Shown: positions 45,269-54,613, counted from the first letter of the stretch. The stretch is DNA of 64,000 nt from a virus (IMGVR_UViG_3300037467_001050:32001-96000), one strand, 5' to 3'. The notes: generated from the sequence alone by a model not told the origin. Made by a program: numbers and translations.

Positions 45269-47233
45269 ATGCCGACACCTCTCATCCCCACGCCCGAGCG
45301 CATCCGCCGCAAGGAGCGCATCGAGGAGCTGTTGCGCCAGGGCTATGCGCCCCTGAAGGTCCGCGGCGGAAAGGGTGCTGCGTGCAATCACGCTGCCCTC
45401 GCCGAGGACATCAACTACCACCGCTGGGTCCGCTCCGAAGAGAGGGAGCGTGACGCCGGCCGCGAAAGCTACGTCCCGGACTGGTCCCTGTACGCGGGGG
45501 AGATCCAGCCGGAAGCGCCCCACGTCACCGTGATGGGCGACGATCTGAAGCCCACCCAGATCGAACACGCGCAGGCTCGAGCCGCTCTGCTCGCCACCCA
45601 GGTCAACAACCTGGTCACGCGCTCCCGCTTCCCCCTGATCAATCCCGACGCGATCATCATCGCGAGCAACATGAACCAGGCCTACGACGTGATGCTCGGC
45701 GAGTACGTCGAGCGCCAGGGCCGGCCGCGGACGTGGCTCACCGACACCCTGCGCGTCGCGCCGGTGCCGGACGCCCGCAACCGCCGCTTCCTGTTCACGG
45801 CCGCCCAGAACGACGCGCCGCTGCATGACGGCTTCTGGCTGAACCTGCAGGCCTATGCCGAGCACATCGGTGCCGAGATCGTGGTCGGGCCGTTCACCTA
45901 CGAGACGACGTGGTGGTCCGAGAACGATCCAACGAGCCGCGAGTACGCCGAGGAACTTACCGAGCACCTGTGCTTCGGCCAGATGGAGATCGGCGACAAC
46001 TTCATCTTCGCTGGCGAGATGAACACTCTGCCGACCGCCTCGCAGCCGATCTCGGACCTGACCACCTACAGCCGGAACCGCTGGGCCGTGTTCCCGCATG
46101 CCAAGCGCCAGCTCAAGAGCGTGCCCTCGACCGATCCGGCCGTGCAGGCGCATCAGGTGATGACCACCGGCAGCGTCACACGCCCGAAGGTGATCCCGCG
46201 TAAGGCCGGCGTAAAGTCTCTGTTCCATCAAGTGGTTGGCGCCGTCGTCGTCGAGTTCGACGAGGAAGCCAATCCGTTCTGCCGGCAGATCACCGCCAAC
46301 GAGGATGGCAGCTTCTACGACCTCGACCGGCACATCTCCGGTGGAGAGGTCACCACTGGCCACCGAGTGCGCGCCGTGGTCGCGGCCGACCTGCACATGC
46401 GCAAGATCGCCAACGACAACGCGCTCGCCACATTCGGCTTCGATCCGTCAACGCAGGCGCGCTACCGCGGCAGCCTGATCGACGTGCTCCGGCCGGAGTA
46501 CCTGATGCTGCACGACATCTTCGACCACGAGGCTCGAAACCACCACAACCAGAACGACCCGGGTCACGCCTACGAGATGCACGTCCGCGGGCGCGCGAGC
46601 ATCCTCGGTGAGATCGTGCAGGTCGGCGGCTTCCTGGAGAAGCTCCAGGTGACGGTGCCCGAGACTGAGATCGTCGTTGTGGAGAGCAACCACGACATCG
46701 GCCTCGACCGCTACGTGCGCGAGGGCCGCTACCGGCAGGATCCGGTCAACATCCGGCTCGGGCTGAAGCTGGAGGACGCGATGCTCGGCCAGCGCGCCGC
46801 GGTTGCCATGGCGCTCGACAACGACCAGACGCCGCCGCGCTTCTCGCTGCTCGAGGCGGCCCTGCGCGGCACGGGCGCCGAACTGGACCGGGTCTCCTGG
46901 GCGTATGATGGCTACAGCCGATTGATCGATGGTATCGAAGTCGGTCACCATGGTTTTCGTGGTGTAAATGGCTCCAAGGGCACAGTACAGGGCTTCGCTC
47001 GCACCGGTCGCAAAATGTCAATCGGAGACAAACATTCGCCTGAAATCAATGAAGGCGTGTACGTTGCCGGTGCTATAAACTTGCAGATGGGCTATAATCG
47101 TGGACCAAGCACTTGGGCTGTCTCTCACATAATTCATTACGCTGACGGCAATAGATCAATAGTCACACTTCAGAAAGGCAGATGGAGAGCAGAGAAACCT
47201 CGTGTTTCAGTTCCAGCATCGAGAGCTGCGTAA
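45269..47233 (+). CDS. large putative metallophosphoesterase (calcineurin-like C-terminal domain)
   Basis: ADLH, HDIFD, SNHD, HHG and GDKHS metal-binding pattern. Confidence 0.7.
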   Translation: MPTPLIPTPERIRRKERIEELLRQGYAPLKVRGGKGAACNHAALAEDINYHRWVRSEERERDAGRESYVPDWSLYAGEIQPEAPHVTVMGDDLKPTQIEHAQARAALLATQVNNLVTRSRFPLINPDAIIIASNMNQAYDVMLGEYVERQGRPRTWLTDTLRVAPVPDARNRRFLFTAAQNDAPLHDGFWLNLQAYAEHIGAEIVVGPFTYETTWWSENDPTSREYAEELTEHLCFGQMEIGDNFIFAGEMNTLPTASQPISDLTTYSRNRWAVFPHAKRQLKSVPSTDPAVQAHQVMTTGSVTRPKVIPRKAGVKSLFHQVVGAVVVEFDEEANPFCRQITANEDGSFYDLDRHISGGEVTTGHRVRAVVAADLHMRKIANDNALATFGFDPSTQARYRGSLIDVLRPEYLMLHDIFDHEARNHHNQNDPGHAYEMHVRGRASILGEIVQVGGFLEKLQVTVPETEIVVVESNHDIGLDRYVREGRYRQDPVNIRLGLKLEDAMLGQRAAVAMALDNDQTPPRFSLLEAALRGTGAELDRVSWAYDGYSRLIDGIEVGHHGFRGVNGSKGTVQGFARTGRKMSIGDKHSPEINEGVYVAGAINLQMGYNRGPSTWAVSHIIHYADGNRSIVTLQKGRWRAEKPRVSVPASRAA

Positions 47234-47261
47234 ATCTGGCTTTCTGTTATTGGTATGTAGC

Positions 47262-47744
47262 ATGCTCACTCAAGACAGAGTCTCTCAGGTACTCGATTAT
47301 GACCCAGAGACCGGCCTGTTTACATGGAAAGTTAACATATCGCGTCGCATGCGTGCTGGATCGCGTGCCGGCACGATCGATGCAAATGGCTACTTGAAGC
47401 TCAAGATAGACGGCCATTCTGATTACGGGCATCGCATCGCCTTCCTCATCATGGAGGGTTGGATGCCCGACGAGGTCGATCACAGGAACTTGGTTCGGTC
47501 TGACAACGCCTGGAGCAATCTCAGGCCAGCCACCCCTGGTCAGCAGATGAGCAATCGTCGCACGCCGAAATCGAACACGTCTGGCGTCAAAGGTGTCCGT
47601 CTTGAGAACGGACGCTGGAGAGCGCGGATCAAAGTTGGCGGCAAGAAGCTGCACTTGGGCTCATTCGATACCATCGAAGAGGCATCCGCAGCCTACGCGG
47701 CAGCATCAGAACGGCACCACGGTGAGTTCGGGAGACTGAACTAG
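47262..47744 (+). mobile_element. HNH-AP2 homing endonuclease
   Basis: HRIAF, VDHRNLVRSDNAWSNLR, NTSGVKGV, HLGSFDTIEEA; lower GC than flanks. Confidence 0.92.
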
Positions 47745-47746
47745 CC

Positions 47747-47935
47747 ATGATGCGCTGGACCAAGGAGCGCGAGAAGGCGATCAAGCTCCATCGCAAGGCG
47801 GCACGCCACTACGCCTACGCCATGGAGCTCATGCTCCGCGACAGACCGACGGCGGCTTCTCGTGCCTTCCGTGCCTGTCTGCTCGCGCGCCAGAAAGCCT
47901 GGAGGCTGGATCCGGAGAGCCACCTCTTTTCCTGA
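47747..47935 (+). CDS. small basic protein
   Basis: 62-aa ORF. Confidence 0.55.
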   Translation: MMRWTKEREKAIKLHRKAARHYAYAMELMLRDRPTAASRAFRACLLARQKAWRLDPESHLFS

Positions 47936-47974
47936 GGCCACGCTTGCAGGAATGCAAACAGTGTGCGAGGGAAA

Positions 47975-48466
47975 ATGCAAACGCAGGGGATTGCCGTGAA
48001 CCCGAAAGTGTACCTCGCTGGGCCAATCAGCGGCCTCTCCTACGGAGGAGCCACCGATTGGCGCGTCCTCGCCAAAGCCATGCTCCGCACCAACGACATC
48101 GACGCCTTCTCGCCACTTCGGCACCAACAGAACCTTGCCAGCATCCAGATCTTCTCTGACCTCGGCTCTGAGACCGAGCGCCTGAAGGATCCGATGTCGA
48201 CCACGCGCGGTCTGACTGTGCGCGATCGCTGGGACGCCCAGCGCTGCGACGTGATGCTGGTGAACTTGCTCGGCGCCAAGAAGGTGTCGATCGGCACTGT
48301 GCTCGAGCTGGCGTGGGCAGATGCCCGCCGCATCCCGATCGTGGTCGCGATGGAAGCTGACGGCTCGAACCCACACGAGCACGCGATGATCCACGAGATC
48401 ATCGGCTTCCGCACACCAGACCTCGACAGCGCCGTCGTCACCACCGTGAAGATCCTGAAGCCATGA
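47975..48466 (+). CDS. nucleoside 2-deoxyribosyltransferase/nucleotide hydrolase family protein
   Basis: VYLAGPI, FSP, D..RCD, SIGTVLELAWA. Confidence 0.85.
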   Translation: MQTQGIAVNPKVYLAGPISGLSYGGATDWRVLAKAMLRTNDIDAFSPLRHQQNLASIQIFSDLGSETERLKDPMSTTRGLTVRDRWDAQRCDVMLVNLLGAKKVSIGTVLELAWADARRIPIVVAMEADGSNPHEHAMIHEIIGFRTPDLDSAVVTTVKILKP

Positions 48467-48744
48467 GCGGCATCATCGACAGAGATGTGGCGAAAAAAAT
48501 CATCCAGGATTTCCTGGATGACGTCGGTGCTCGAGAAGAGCTCGAGGTTCGCGGTTGGTATGCTTCTACGCGCAAGTTCAAGATCGGTGACGTCCCTGGA
48601 TATCTGATGGACCACGCGATCGAGAAGCTGATCCACAACGTCTACGCGCAGGCGATGGTAGCAGCTGCGGACGACGCGAAGAGCCGGATCGAGAATAAGA
48701 TCAGGGCCCGCATCACGGCGATCATCGACGAGGCCGTGAGATGA
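48463..48744 (+). CDS. hypothetical protein
   Basis: Coupled ORF. Confidence 0.6.
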   Translation: MSGIIDRDVAKKIIQDFLDDVGAREELEVRGWYASTRKFKIGDVPGYLMDHAIEKLIHNVYAQAMVAAADDAKSRIENKIRARITAIIDEAVR

Positions 48745-49025
48745 AGCGCGGCTCCGAGAAACAGAAGGTCATCCCGGTCTCGCCGAAGCTGCAGGCCGCC
48801 TGGGACGCCCTCGTCGAGCGCCGCCCCGCCGCCGTGGCCTTCCACGCCCACGAGCTGCCGGGTGCCGACGCCGAAATCGAGCGAGTGTTGAAGCAGACGA
48901 CGCAGGCCGAGGCGGACACCGCCTCCGCGGCCTTCCTGCTCCAGCCGCACAGCAAGCTGTCGATCGAGGTCCGCTGGGTCCTCGATCCCGAAGTGGTCAA
49001 GAAACACAAGGGGAAGCAGAAGTGA
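48741..49025 (+). CDS. hypothetical protein
   Basis: Coupled ORF. Confidence 0.6.
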   Translation: MKRGSEKQKVIPVSPKLQAAWDALVERRPAAVAFHAHELPGADAEIERVLKQTTQAEADTASAAFLLQPHSKLSIEVRWVLDPEVVKKHKGKQK

Positions 49026-49732
49026 ACGCGATCGGCCTGTCCGGCTTCGCGGCGTCGGGGAAGACGACCGCGGCCAAGTATATCGAGAAGACCTACGGTT
49101 TCGAGCGGCGCCACATCGCCGAGCCGCTGCGCGCCATGATCGCCGTTCTGATGCGCGCCAACGGCATCTCCGAGGAGATGATCGACCGCTACCTCGTGGG
49201 CGACCTGAAGGACGGCGTGGTGATCCCTGAGCTGGGCAAGACCTCGCGCGAGCTGCAGATCACCATCGGCACAGAGTGGGGGAGGGAGTGCGTCGGCCCT
49301 GACGTCTGGGTGAACACCTGGGTCCGCGGCGTCGGCCCGGGCGAGCGCGTCATGAACGACAGCGTCCGCTTCCCCAACGAGGAAGACGCCATACACTCGC
49401 TCGGTGGCCTCACGATCCTGATCACCCGCAAGGGCACTGGCCCGGCCAAGTTCAAGTGGTTCGGCCTCGGCAAGCTGCTCTACAAGGCCACCGGCCTCAT
49501 GTGGGGCGTCCACGACAGCGAGCGCACCGACCGGCTCAGCCCCGACATCGTCATCGAGAACGACGGAACGGTCGAGGATCTGGAGCGCGCGATCGACGCC
49601 GCCCTGCGGGACTTCTGGGCCGACCGGCAGCCGAAGGGCGCCACGTACCCGGTGCCGGAACTCGCCAACGACAACCGGGCCGGCGTGATCGCGCTCGCCA
49701 CCCAAGCCTTCGCTATGCGGGGTGTCGCGTGA
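49022..49732 (+). CDS. deoxynucleoside monophosphate kinase
   Basis: IGLSGFAASGKTT, AEPLR, RELQITIGTEWGR, DSVRFPNE. Confidence 0.9.
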   Translation: MNAIGLSGFAASGKTTAAKYIEKTYGFERRHIAEPLRAMIAVLMRANGISEEMIDRYLVGDLKDGVVIPELGKTSRELQITIGTEWGRECVGPDVWVNTWVRGVGPGERVMNDSVRFPNEEDAIHSLGGLTILITRKGTGPAKFKWFGLGKLLYKATGLMWGVHDSERTDRLSPDIVIENDGTVEDLERAIDAALRDFWADRQPKGATYPVPELANDNRAGVIALATQAFAMRGVA

Positions 49733-49917
49733 TGTGGCTCTTCAAGCGCAAACAGAAGCCTGCTCCATACAAGTCGCGCGACGGCTCTGAAATCCTCGCT
49801 CTGCGCTGGAACTGGTCGCCGAAAGACATCGCCACTCTTCGTGACGACGAATTGGCTATGCTGGTTGGAGCCGCACGGATGCTGGAGCGCCGCGAACAGC
49901 TGGTGAGGGCCGCGTGA
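49729..49917 (+). CDS. small hypothetical protein
   Basis: Coupled; begins MWLFKRK. Confidence 0.55.
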   Translation: MMWLFKRKQKPAPYKSRDGSEILALRWNWSPKDIATLRDDELAMLVGAARMLERREQLVRAA

Positions 49918-50177
49918 TGTGGCCATTCAAGCGCAAGAGCAAGAAGGTCGAGTCGAAGATCCTGCACGTCTACCGTTTCCGTCCGCAGGAGGACATGACG
50001 GCACGGGAGCTGGCCATGCTGCTGACCTTGGCCAATCCGCTGCTGTCCACTGTGCTCGAGCCGGAGGCGAAGTTCGATGGCGACGAGCCCCCGGACTTGT
50101 TCTTCATGCGCGAACTCGGCATGCCCGAGCTGGGGCGTCATTTCGAGCCGACCTTCAACCTGGTGGATCGGCCATGA
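49914..50177 (+). CDS. hypothetical protein
   Basis: Coupled; begins MWPFKRK. Confidence 0.6.
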   Translation: MMWPFKRKSKKVESKILHVYRFRPQEDMTARELAMLLTLANPLLSTVLEPEAKFDGDEPPDLFFMRELGMPELGRHFEPTFNLVDRP

Positions 50178-50437
50178 CCGGCTTCCTGGACGCCCAGGAT
50201 CGCCCGTGGCTGGCGATGAAGGAGAAGATCGGCGAGGTGATCGAGAAGGAGCGGATGCTCCCGCTCACCCGGCACAGCCTACAGCAGATGCTCGACAAGA
50301 TCGGCACGCTGCTGCTCAACAGCGCCGGCGTGCAGGGCTTCATCACCACCGAGATCAGCCATGTCCCGGTTCCCTACGACAGCATCAAGGAGCTGGTGCC
50401 GCCGACCGAGTATCTGGTGGACCCCGCCCATGCGTGA
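50174..50437 (+). CDS. hypothetical protein
   Basis: 3' part of ORF 49919..50437, ATGA overlap. Confidence 0.6.
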   Translation: MTGFLDAQDRPWLAMKEKIGEVIEKERMLPLTRHSLQQMLDKIGTLLLNSAGVQGFITTEISHVPVPYDSIKELVPPTEYLVDPAHA

Positions 50438-50702
50438 CTGGCTCGAAGCGTTCGGCGTGGCCGTCGGCATGACCGTGGCCTGCGCGATCCCGTTCCTCGT
50501 GATCCTGCTGCTCGTGGCGAGCTGCTCTGTGGACCAGGGACGGTGCCTCGCCAGTGAGAAGCGCATGGAGACGCAGATGATCCAGACAGGGTCGATCCCT
50601 GTCGGTGGTGGCGTCTCGATGCCGATCTACACCTACTACGACGAGGATGTGGATCACTGCACCCAGTGGGAATTTCCCGAGGGTCGCACACGCGCACGTT
50701 GA
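50430..50702 (+). CDS. small membrane protein or lipoprotein
   Basis: Long hydrophobic stretch ending VASC. Confidence 0.55.
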   Translation: MRDWLEAFGVAVGMTVACAIPFLVILLLVASCSVDQGRCLASEKRMETQMIQTGSIPVGGGVSMPIYTYYDEDVDHCTQWEFPEGRTRAR

Positions 50703-50711
50703 AAACGGCTC

Positions 50712-50743
50712 GGGCGCAGCCTAGCTTTGCTGCGCCCTTTTTT
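50712..50743 (+). terminator. intrinsic terminator
   Basis: GGGCGCAGC/GCTGCGCCC plus T6. Confidence 0.85.
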
Positions 50744-50756
50744 CTGAGCCGGACCC

Positions 50757-51029
50757 ATGCGCGCCGCTATCGCCGCCCTTGCCCTTCTGATCCCCACCAC
50801 AGCCCTGGCCGACGAGAAGTGTCGGATGACCGTCGATCAGTTCGAGGCGATCCGTCTCGACTGGCCTGTCTCGCGCGTCAACAACCTGCTGGGTTGCGAC
50901 GGCGAGCTCTCCGGGGCGTCCAAGTTCGGGGACATCGAGACCAAGGTCTACGTCTACTACGGCGAGCACAACAACTTTCAGCTGCTATTCCAGAACCGAC
51001 GGCTCGCACGCAAGCTGAAGCTCAGCTAG
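50757..51029 (+). CDS. small exported protein, BLIP/SmpA-like fold candidate
   Basis: Signal peptide ending ALA; MTVDQFEAI...V..LLG pattern. Confidence 0.6.
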   Translation: MRAAIAALALLIPTTALADEKCRMTVDQFEAIRLDWPVSRVNNLLGCDGELSGASKFGDIETKVYVYYGEHNNFQLLFQNRRLARKLKLS

Positions 51030-51328
51030 GCTGCATCGGCCTCGTAGGCGATCACCAGCAGGCCTTCCTTCGTGATGTCGTAGGCGTGGGTGACCTCCAC
51101 GTCGGGAGCTCCGACGTCGTTCTCCCCAGCCTCGAGGGCGATCGTGCTCTGGAGTGGCTCTGCCTTGAGCCAACCGGCCCGTAGCAGGCTTTCAATGTCC
51201 TCGCCGGCCACGAAGCCGTTCGGTGTCTCGACGGCCATGTAGGAGGCTGCATTCGACCCAGGCGTGAGGCCGCCGAACGGCACCACGTCTACGATCTTCG
51301 CGAGCTCGATCTTGAGGCGCAGGCTCAT
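51026..51328 (-). CDS. hypothetical protein
   Basis: ATGA-coupled; last gene of the leftward arm. Confidence 0.6.
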   Translation of the reverse strand: MSLRLKIELAKIVDVVPFGGLTPGSNAASYMAVETPNGFVAGEDIESLLRAGWLKAEPLQSTIALEAGENDVGAPDVEVTHAYDITKEGLLVIAYEADAA

Positions 51329-51618
51329 GGCTTGAGCCATGGCCCGAGCGGCTCCTCGCCGCGCACCTCGCGGATCGCGTTGATGATCTCTAGGGCGACC
51401 TCACGCCCGGTCGCCCCCTCCCAGCGCTCCGAGAGCTTGGTCAGGCGCTTCTCGATGCTCAGGATGGCCTGAGAGGGTCCATCAGTGACTCTCTCGGCCA
51501 GCAGCGCCCGGATGACCCTAGCGCCGTGGAAGCAGGCCTGCTCGCGCCCGTGGCCGTTCTTGTCGGCATAGAGCTCGAGGTGGTCCAGCGTGTTGTCGAT
51601 GTCGGCTTGGTCGATCAT
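51325..51618 (-). CDS. hypothetical protein
   Basis: 97-aa ORF. Confidence 0.6.
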   Translation of the reverse strand: MIDQADIDNTLDHLELYADKNGHGREQACFHGARVIRALLAERVTDGPSQAILSIEKRLTKLSERWEGATGREVALEIINAIREVRGEEPLGPWLKP

Positions 51619-51623
51619 GCGTA

Positions 51624-51863
51624 TCAGCCCTCCCTGACGTACCCGACGCCACGCGGCGCGCAGTTCTCCAGCATGCCGCGGTAGACCTCCATAGCCTTCT
51701 CACGGCTCTCGAACTGCAGCAGCGTCGGCTTATGCGCGAGCAGCGCTTCCACGTCGAAGATCAGGTCCCACGCGCCGTGCATGGTCCCGACCTTCGCGGC
51801 CTCTGCGCGAACCTGCGGCAGCAGCCTGCGGATCGCCTGTTCGTCCTCATCGATCTGCTTCAT
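51624..51863 (-). CDS. hypothetical protein
   Basis: GAGG RBS. Confidence 0.6.
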   Translation of the reverse strand: MKQIDEDEQAIRRLLPQVRAEAAKVGTMHGAWDLIFDVEALLAHKPTLLQFESREKAMEVYRGMLENCAPRGVGYVREG

Positions 51864-51867
51864 GGCC

Positions 51868-52080
51868 TCAATAGTCCTCGTGGATCGCCATCCGGAGCGC
51901 ATCGAGCCGCTTGAGGTGGGCCTGCTGATCGGGCGTGATCTGATCGCGGCCGAACGGCCCACGCTTCACCCCGAACTCATTCTCCAGGGCGGTGATCGCC
52001 AGATCGAACGACCAGCGCAGGTCGCGCAGGCTGTCGTTCGGGACCGCCAGAACGCGGCAATCGCTGTGCTTATGGATCAT
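51868..52080 (-). CDS. hypothetical protein
   Basis: 70-aa ORF. Confidence 0.55.
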   Translation of the reverse strand: MIHKHSDCRVLAVPNDSLRDLRWSFDLAITALENEFGVKRGPFGRDQITPDQQAHLKRLDALRMAIHEDY

Positions 52081-52102
52081 GTCGGATGCCCCCGCTTTCG
52101 AA

Positions 52103-52345
52103 CTACGCCCGCGGCGGCAGGCCGATGTAGCTGGCCCGCACCCGGTCGATGGTGCCGTGCCGCAGCCCGTCTATGGCGTTCTGCGCGTGATAGAGCGCGT
52201 CCTGTGCGCGGCACGCTACCGGGGCGCCCGCACCCTTCGACGCCTCCGGTTCGAAGTCGTCGCGCTCCGACAGCTTGCTCGCCTCGACCAAGAATGGAAG
52301 GGCGGCCTCAAGTGCCGCAAGCGCCTGTTTCTGTGTGTCGTTCAT
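52103..52345 (-). CDS. hypothetical protein
   Basis: 3' part of ORF 52103..52501. Confidence 0.55.
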   Translation of the reverse strand: MNDTQKQALAALEAALPFLVEASKLSERDDFEPEASKGAGAPVACRAQDALYHAQNAIDGLRHGTIDRVRASYIGLPPRA

Positions 52346-52379
52346 CGCCAAACCCTGCCCCCTCCGTCGAACGCCGAAC

Positions 52380-52607
52380 CTATTTCGCCGACACCAATCG
52401 GATCGCCTTGATTGCGCGGCCAAGGCACTCCCCGGCCCAAGCCAAGCACGCGACAAGCGCGACCGTGGTTGCTCCGGACGGGAGCGGCTGCCCCGCTTCA
52501 TTGGCTGCGGCTATCGCCCATACGGCCCAACCTGTGAGGGCGAGCCATGCTGCGCTCGAAGCTATGGTGAAGCTATTGCTGATAAGGACTTTCGCCCGAC
52601 TGCTCAT
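52380..52607 (-). CDS. small two-TM membrane protein
   Basis: GGGAGG RBS; hydrophobic. Confidence 0.55.
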   Translation of the reverse strand: MSSRAKVLISNSFTIASSAAWLALTGWAVWAIAAANEAGQPLPSGATTVALVACLAWAGECLGRAIKAIRLVSAK

Positions 52608-52661
52608 TGTTCCCTCCCGCATGGCGGGACCCTTGTCCGCCATACTGGCGGCCCCGCTTCC

Positions 52662-52889
52662 CTACTTCGGCAGATCCTTGAGCCCGGCGCCGGCAATCGC
52701 CGCCTCGGCCATGCTCAGCATTTCGTCCAGCACCTCAACCTCACGCGGCGACAGCGTAAGGGGCCGAAATTCTGTGCGCCTACGGCGGCGCAGCGCCTCA
52801 CGCTCCTCCACCGTCGAGGGCTCACCCGTGGCTTGTCCCGGCTTGTTTTCCATCACCCTCTCCCTGATGGCGGAGCCCCGGTCCGTCAT
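52662..52889 (-). CDS. hypothetical protein
   Basis: Start adjacent to upstream stop. Confidence 0.45.
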   Translation of the reverse strand: MTDRGSAIRERVMENKPGQATGEPSTVEEREALRRRRRTEFRPLTLSPREVEVLDEMLSMAEAAIAGAGLKDLPK

Positions 52890-52893
52890 ACTC

Positions 52894-53082
52894 TCAGCCC
52901 TGCGGCACTGACCGTCCTTCGGCGTCGAACCACCGCTCGTCGTGGAAGTCGCCATCGTCACAGGTGGCGCAGATGATCTCGATCTTGCAGACGCTCGCGG
53001 GGATGCTCGGGTCGATCCCATGGGCGTATGGCGCTGTTGCCTGACACCTCGGGCAGTGCAGGGTTATGGTCGGCTCGCTCAT
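52894..53082 (-). CDS. small Zn-binding protein
   Basis: CPRC and CATC motifs. Confidence 0.6.
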   Translation of the reverse strand: MSEPTITLHCPRCQATAPYAHGIDPSIPASVCKIEIICATCDDGDFHDERWFDAEGRSVPQG

Positions 53083-53127
53083 GCTGTCCTCCCTGGTATG
53101 GGTTCTCCCCTGTCCGCCACTAGCCGC

Positions 53128-53346
53128 CTAGTCGCGCAGAACGAACGTGATTGGCTCGCCGGTCAGACCGGAAGTAACGGCCGCGCAGAACGCCACGTCC
53201 TCGCACATGCCGCCGGCAACAAGCGCCGCAATCACGCGGTCGCCGTGCGTGCATCCGGGCTTGCTTAGCGCAGCCTGTACGCCCGAAAGCTCGGCCCGAT
53301 TGATGCGCAGTCGCTTCTTCACGAAATCCCACTTCCCGGCGTCCAT
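53128..53346 (-). CDS. hypothetical protein
   Basis: GGAG RBS. Confidence 0.55.
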   Translation of the reverse strand: MDAGKWDFVKKRLRINRAELSGVQAALSKPGCTHGDRVIAALVAGGMCEDVAFCAAVTSGLTGEPITFVLRD

Positions 53347-53415
53347 TGATTTGCTCCTCTTTCCCTGTTGGCGGCGGCCCCGTCCGCACAAAGTGCTCGC
53401 TAAGCCTTTGAAGTA

Positions 53416-53718
53416 TCAGGCGGCAGGCGCGGGAATGTCGGCTCCGGCCCTAACATCGGCCCCAACAGCAAGCGCCGCTCGGGCGTAGTCCAGCGCCCTG
53501 ATGCGCCCAGCCGGAGAGCCCATGTGCAGATCATAGACGATGATGCGCAGCGCCTCGCGCAACCGCTCGATCTCGGCCCTATCACCGGCCCCAGCTTGCG
53601 CGGCGCGTAGGGCGGAGATTTCGGCGATGGCCACGCGAAACTCTTGCGCTTCCGCACTGTATCCGCGGTTGTCCAATTCTCCGCACATCCTTCGGAGTTC
53701 TGCGAGGTCAGCCGCCAT
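53416..53718 (-). CDS. helical hypothetical protein, paralog of 53772
   Basis: AIAEISALRAAQAG. Confidence 0.6.
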   Translation of the reverse strand: MAADLAELRRMCGELDNRGYSAEAQEFRVAIAEISALRAAQAGAGDRAEIERLREALRIIVYDLHMGSPAGRIRALDYARAALAVGADVRAGADIPAPAA

Positions 53719-53771
53719 AACTTGTAGCTCCCGTATAATGCTTGCCGAATTGCCCGTGATCGCTTCCGCCC

Positions 53772-54050
53772 TCAGGCGGGGGCGTTGATCTGAGCCGCCA
53801 TGGCCGTGATAGTGTGCCGGGCTGTCTCTAGCTCGGCCTGCAACCGGGCGTTCTCCGACCGCTCATGCTTCAGCTTGCCATCAAGCTCGCTGATGCGGTC
53901 CGCAACGGCCCTGTCAACGTCCCCAACTTGCGCGGCGCGTAGGGAGGAGATTTCGGCAATGGCGTCGGTAATGCAATCCCCGGCTGCTCTGAAGCCCGAA
54001 GACTTCAATATGCGCCGGACCTCGACCAAGTGCTCTAACAGGTCTGCCAT
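53772..54050 (-). CDS. helical hypothetical protein, paralog of 53416
   Basis: AIAEISSLRAAQVG. Confidence 0.6.
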   Translation of the reverse strand: MADLLEHLVEVRRILKSSGFRAAGDCITDAIAEISSLRAAQVGDVDRAVADRISELDGKLKHERSENARLQAELETARHTITAMAAQINAPA

Positions 54051-54103
54051 TGCTTGCCGCCCTCCTTAATTACTTGCCGAAATATCCGCAATCCCATCCG
54101 CCA

Positions 54104-54307
54104 TCAGGCGGTGGCCGCTTCGTCGTCCTGTCCGGCCGTCAGGTACAAGCCAGCCGGGCCCTCGTGATCTTCAAGGGTGATGCGCGGCACGAAGCCCTTG
54201 GCGAGGCACCGCTCAACCAGTTCGCGAAGGCCAAGGTCAGCGATCTGCTCGTCTGTCATCCCGAGGACGCGGTTCCATTCCGGGTCCACGTAGAGGTGAT
54301 CAGCCAT
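54104..54307 (-). CDS. hypothetical protein
   Basis: GAGG RBS. Confidence 0.55.
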   Translation of the reverse strand: MADHLYVDPEWNRVLGMTDEQIADLGLRELVERCLAKGFVPRITLEDHEGPAGLYLTAGQDDEAATA

Positions 54308-54349
54308 CGTATTCCCTCTGCTAAACCGTTCGAGTGCTACCGTCTCCGT

Positions 54350-54613
54350 CTAACCGGCCTCTGCTCCAGCGACGGCATGGTCTAGGCGCATCCAGTCCTG
54401 CGTGGTTAGGTTTCCGGTGCTGATCGACACGTCGCCGTTGTCGTTGAACACACACGCCGAGAACGGCCGAGCGGCCTCGCGCAGCTCGGCAATGTCGGCC
54501 TCAAGCTCTGCGATATAGGCCAACCTCGCATCGAGCGAGTTGTCCAGCACTTGGTTAAGGCCGCGCAGGTGCTCCACCTGCCCGGTATCGGGGTGCTCAA
54601 AGATGTCCATCAT
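54350..54613 (-). CDS. hypothetical protein
   Basis: GGAGG RBS. Confidence 0.6.
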   Translation of the reverse strand: MMDIFEHPDTGQVEHLRGLNQVLDNSLDARLAYIAELEADIAELREAARPFSACVFNDNGDVSISTGNLTTQDWMRLDHAVAGAEAG

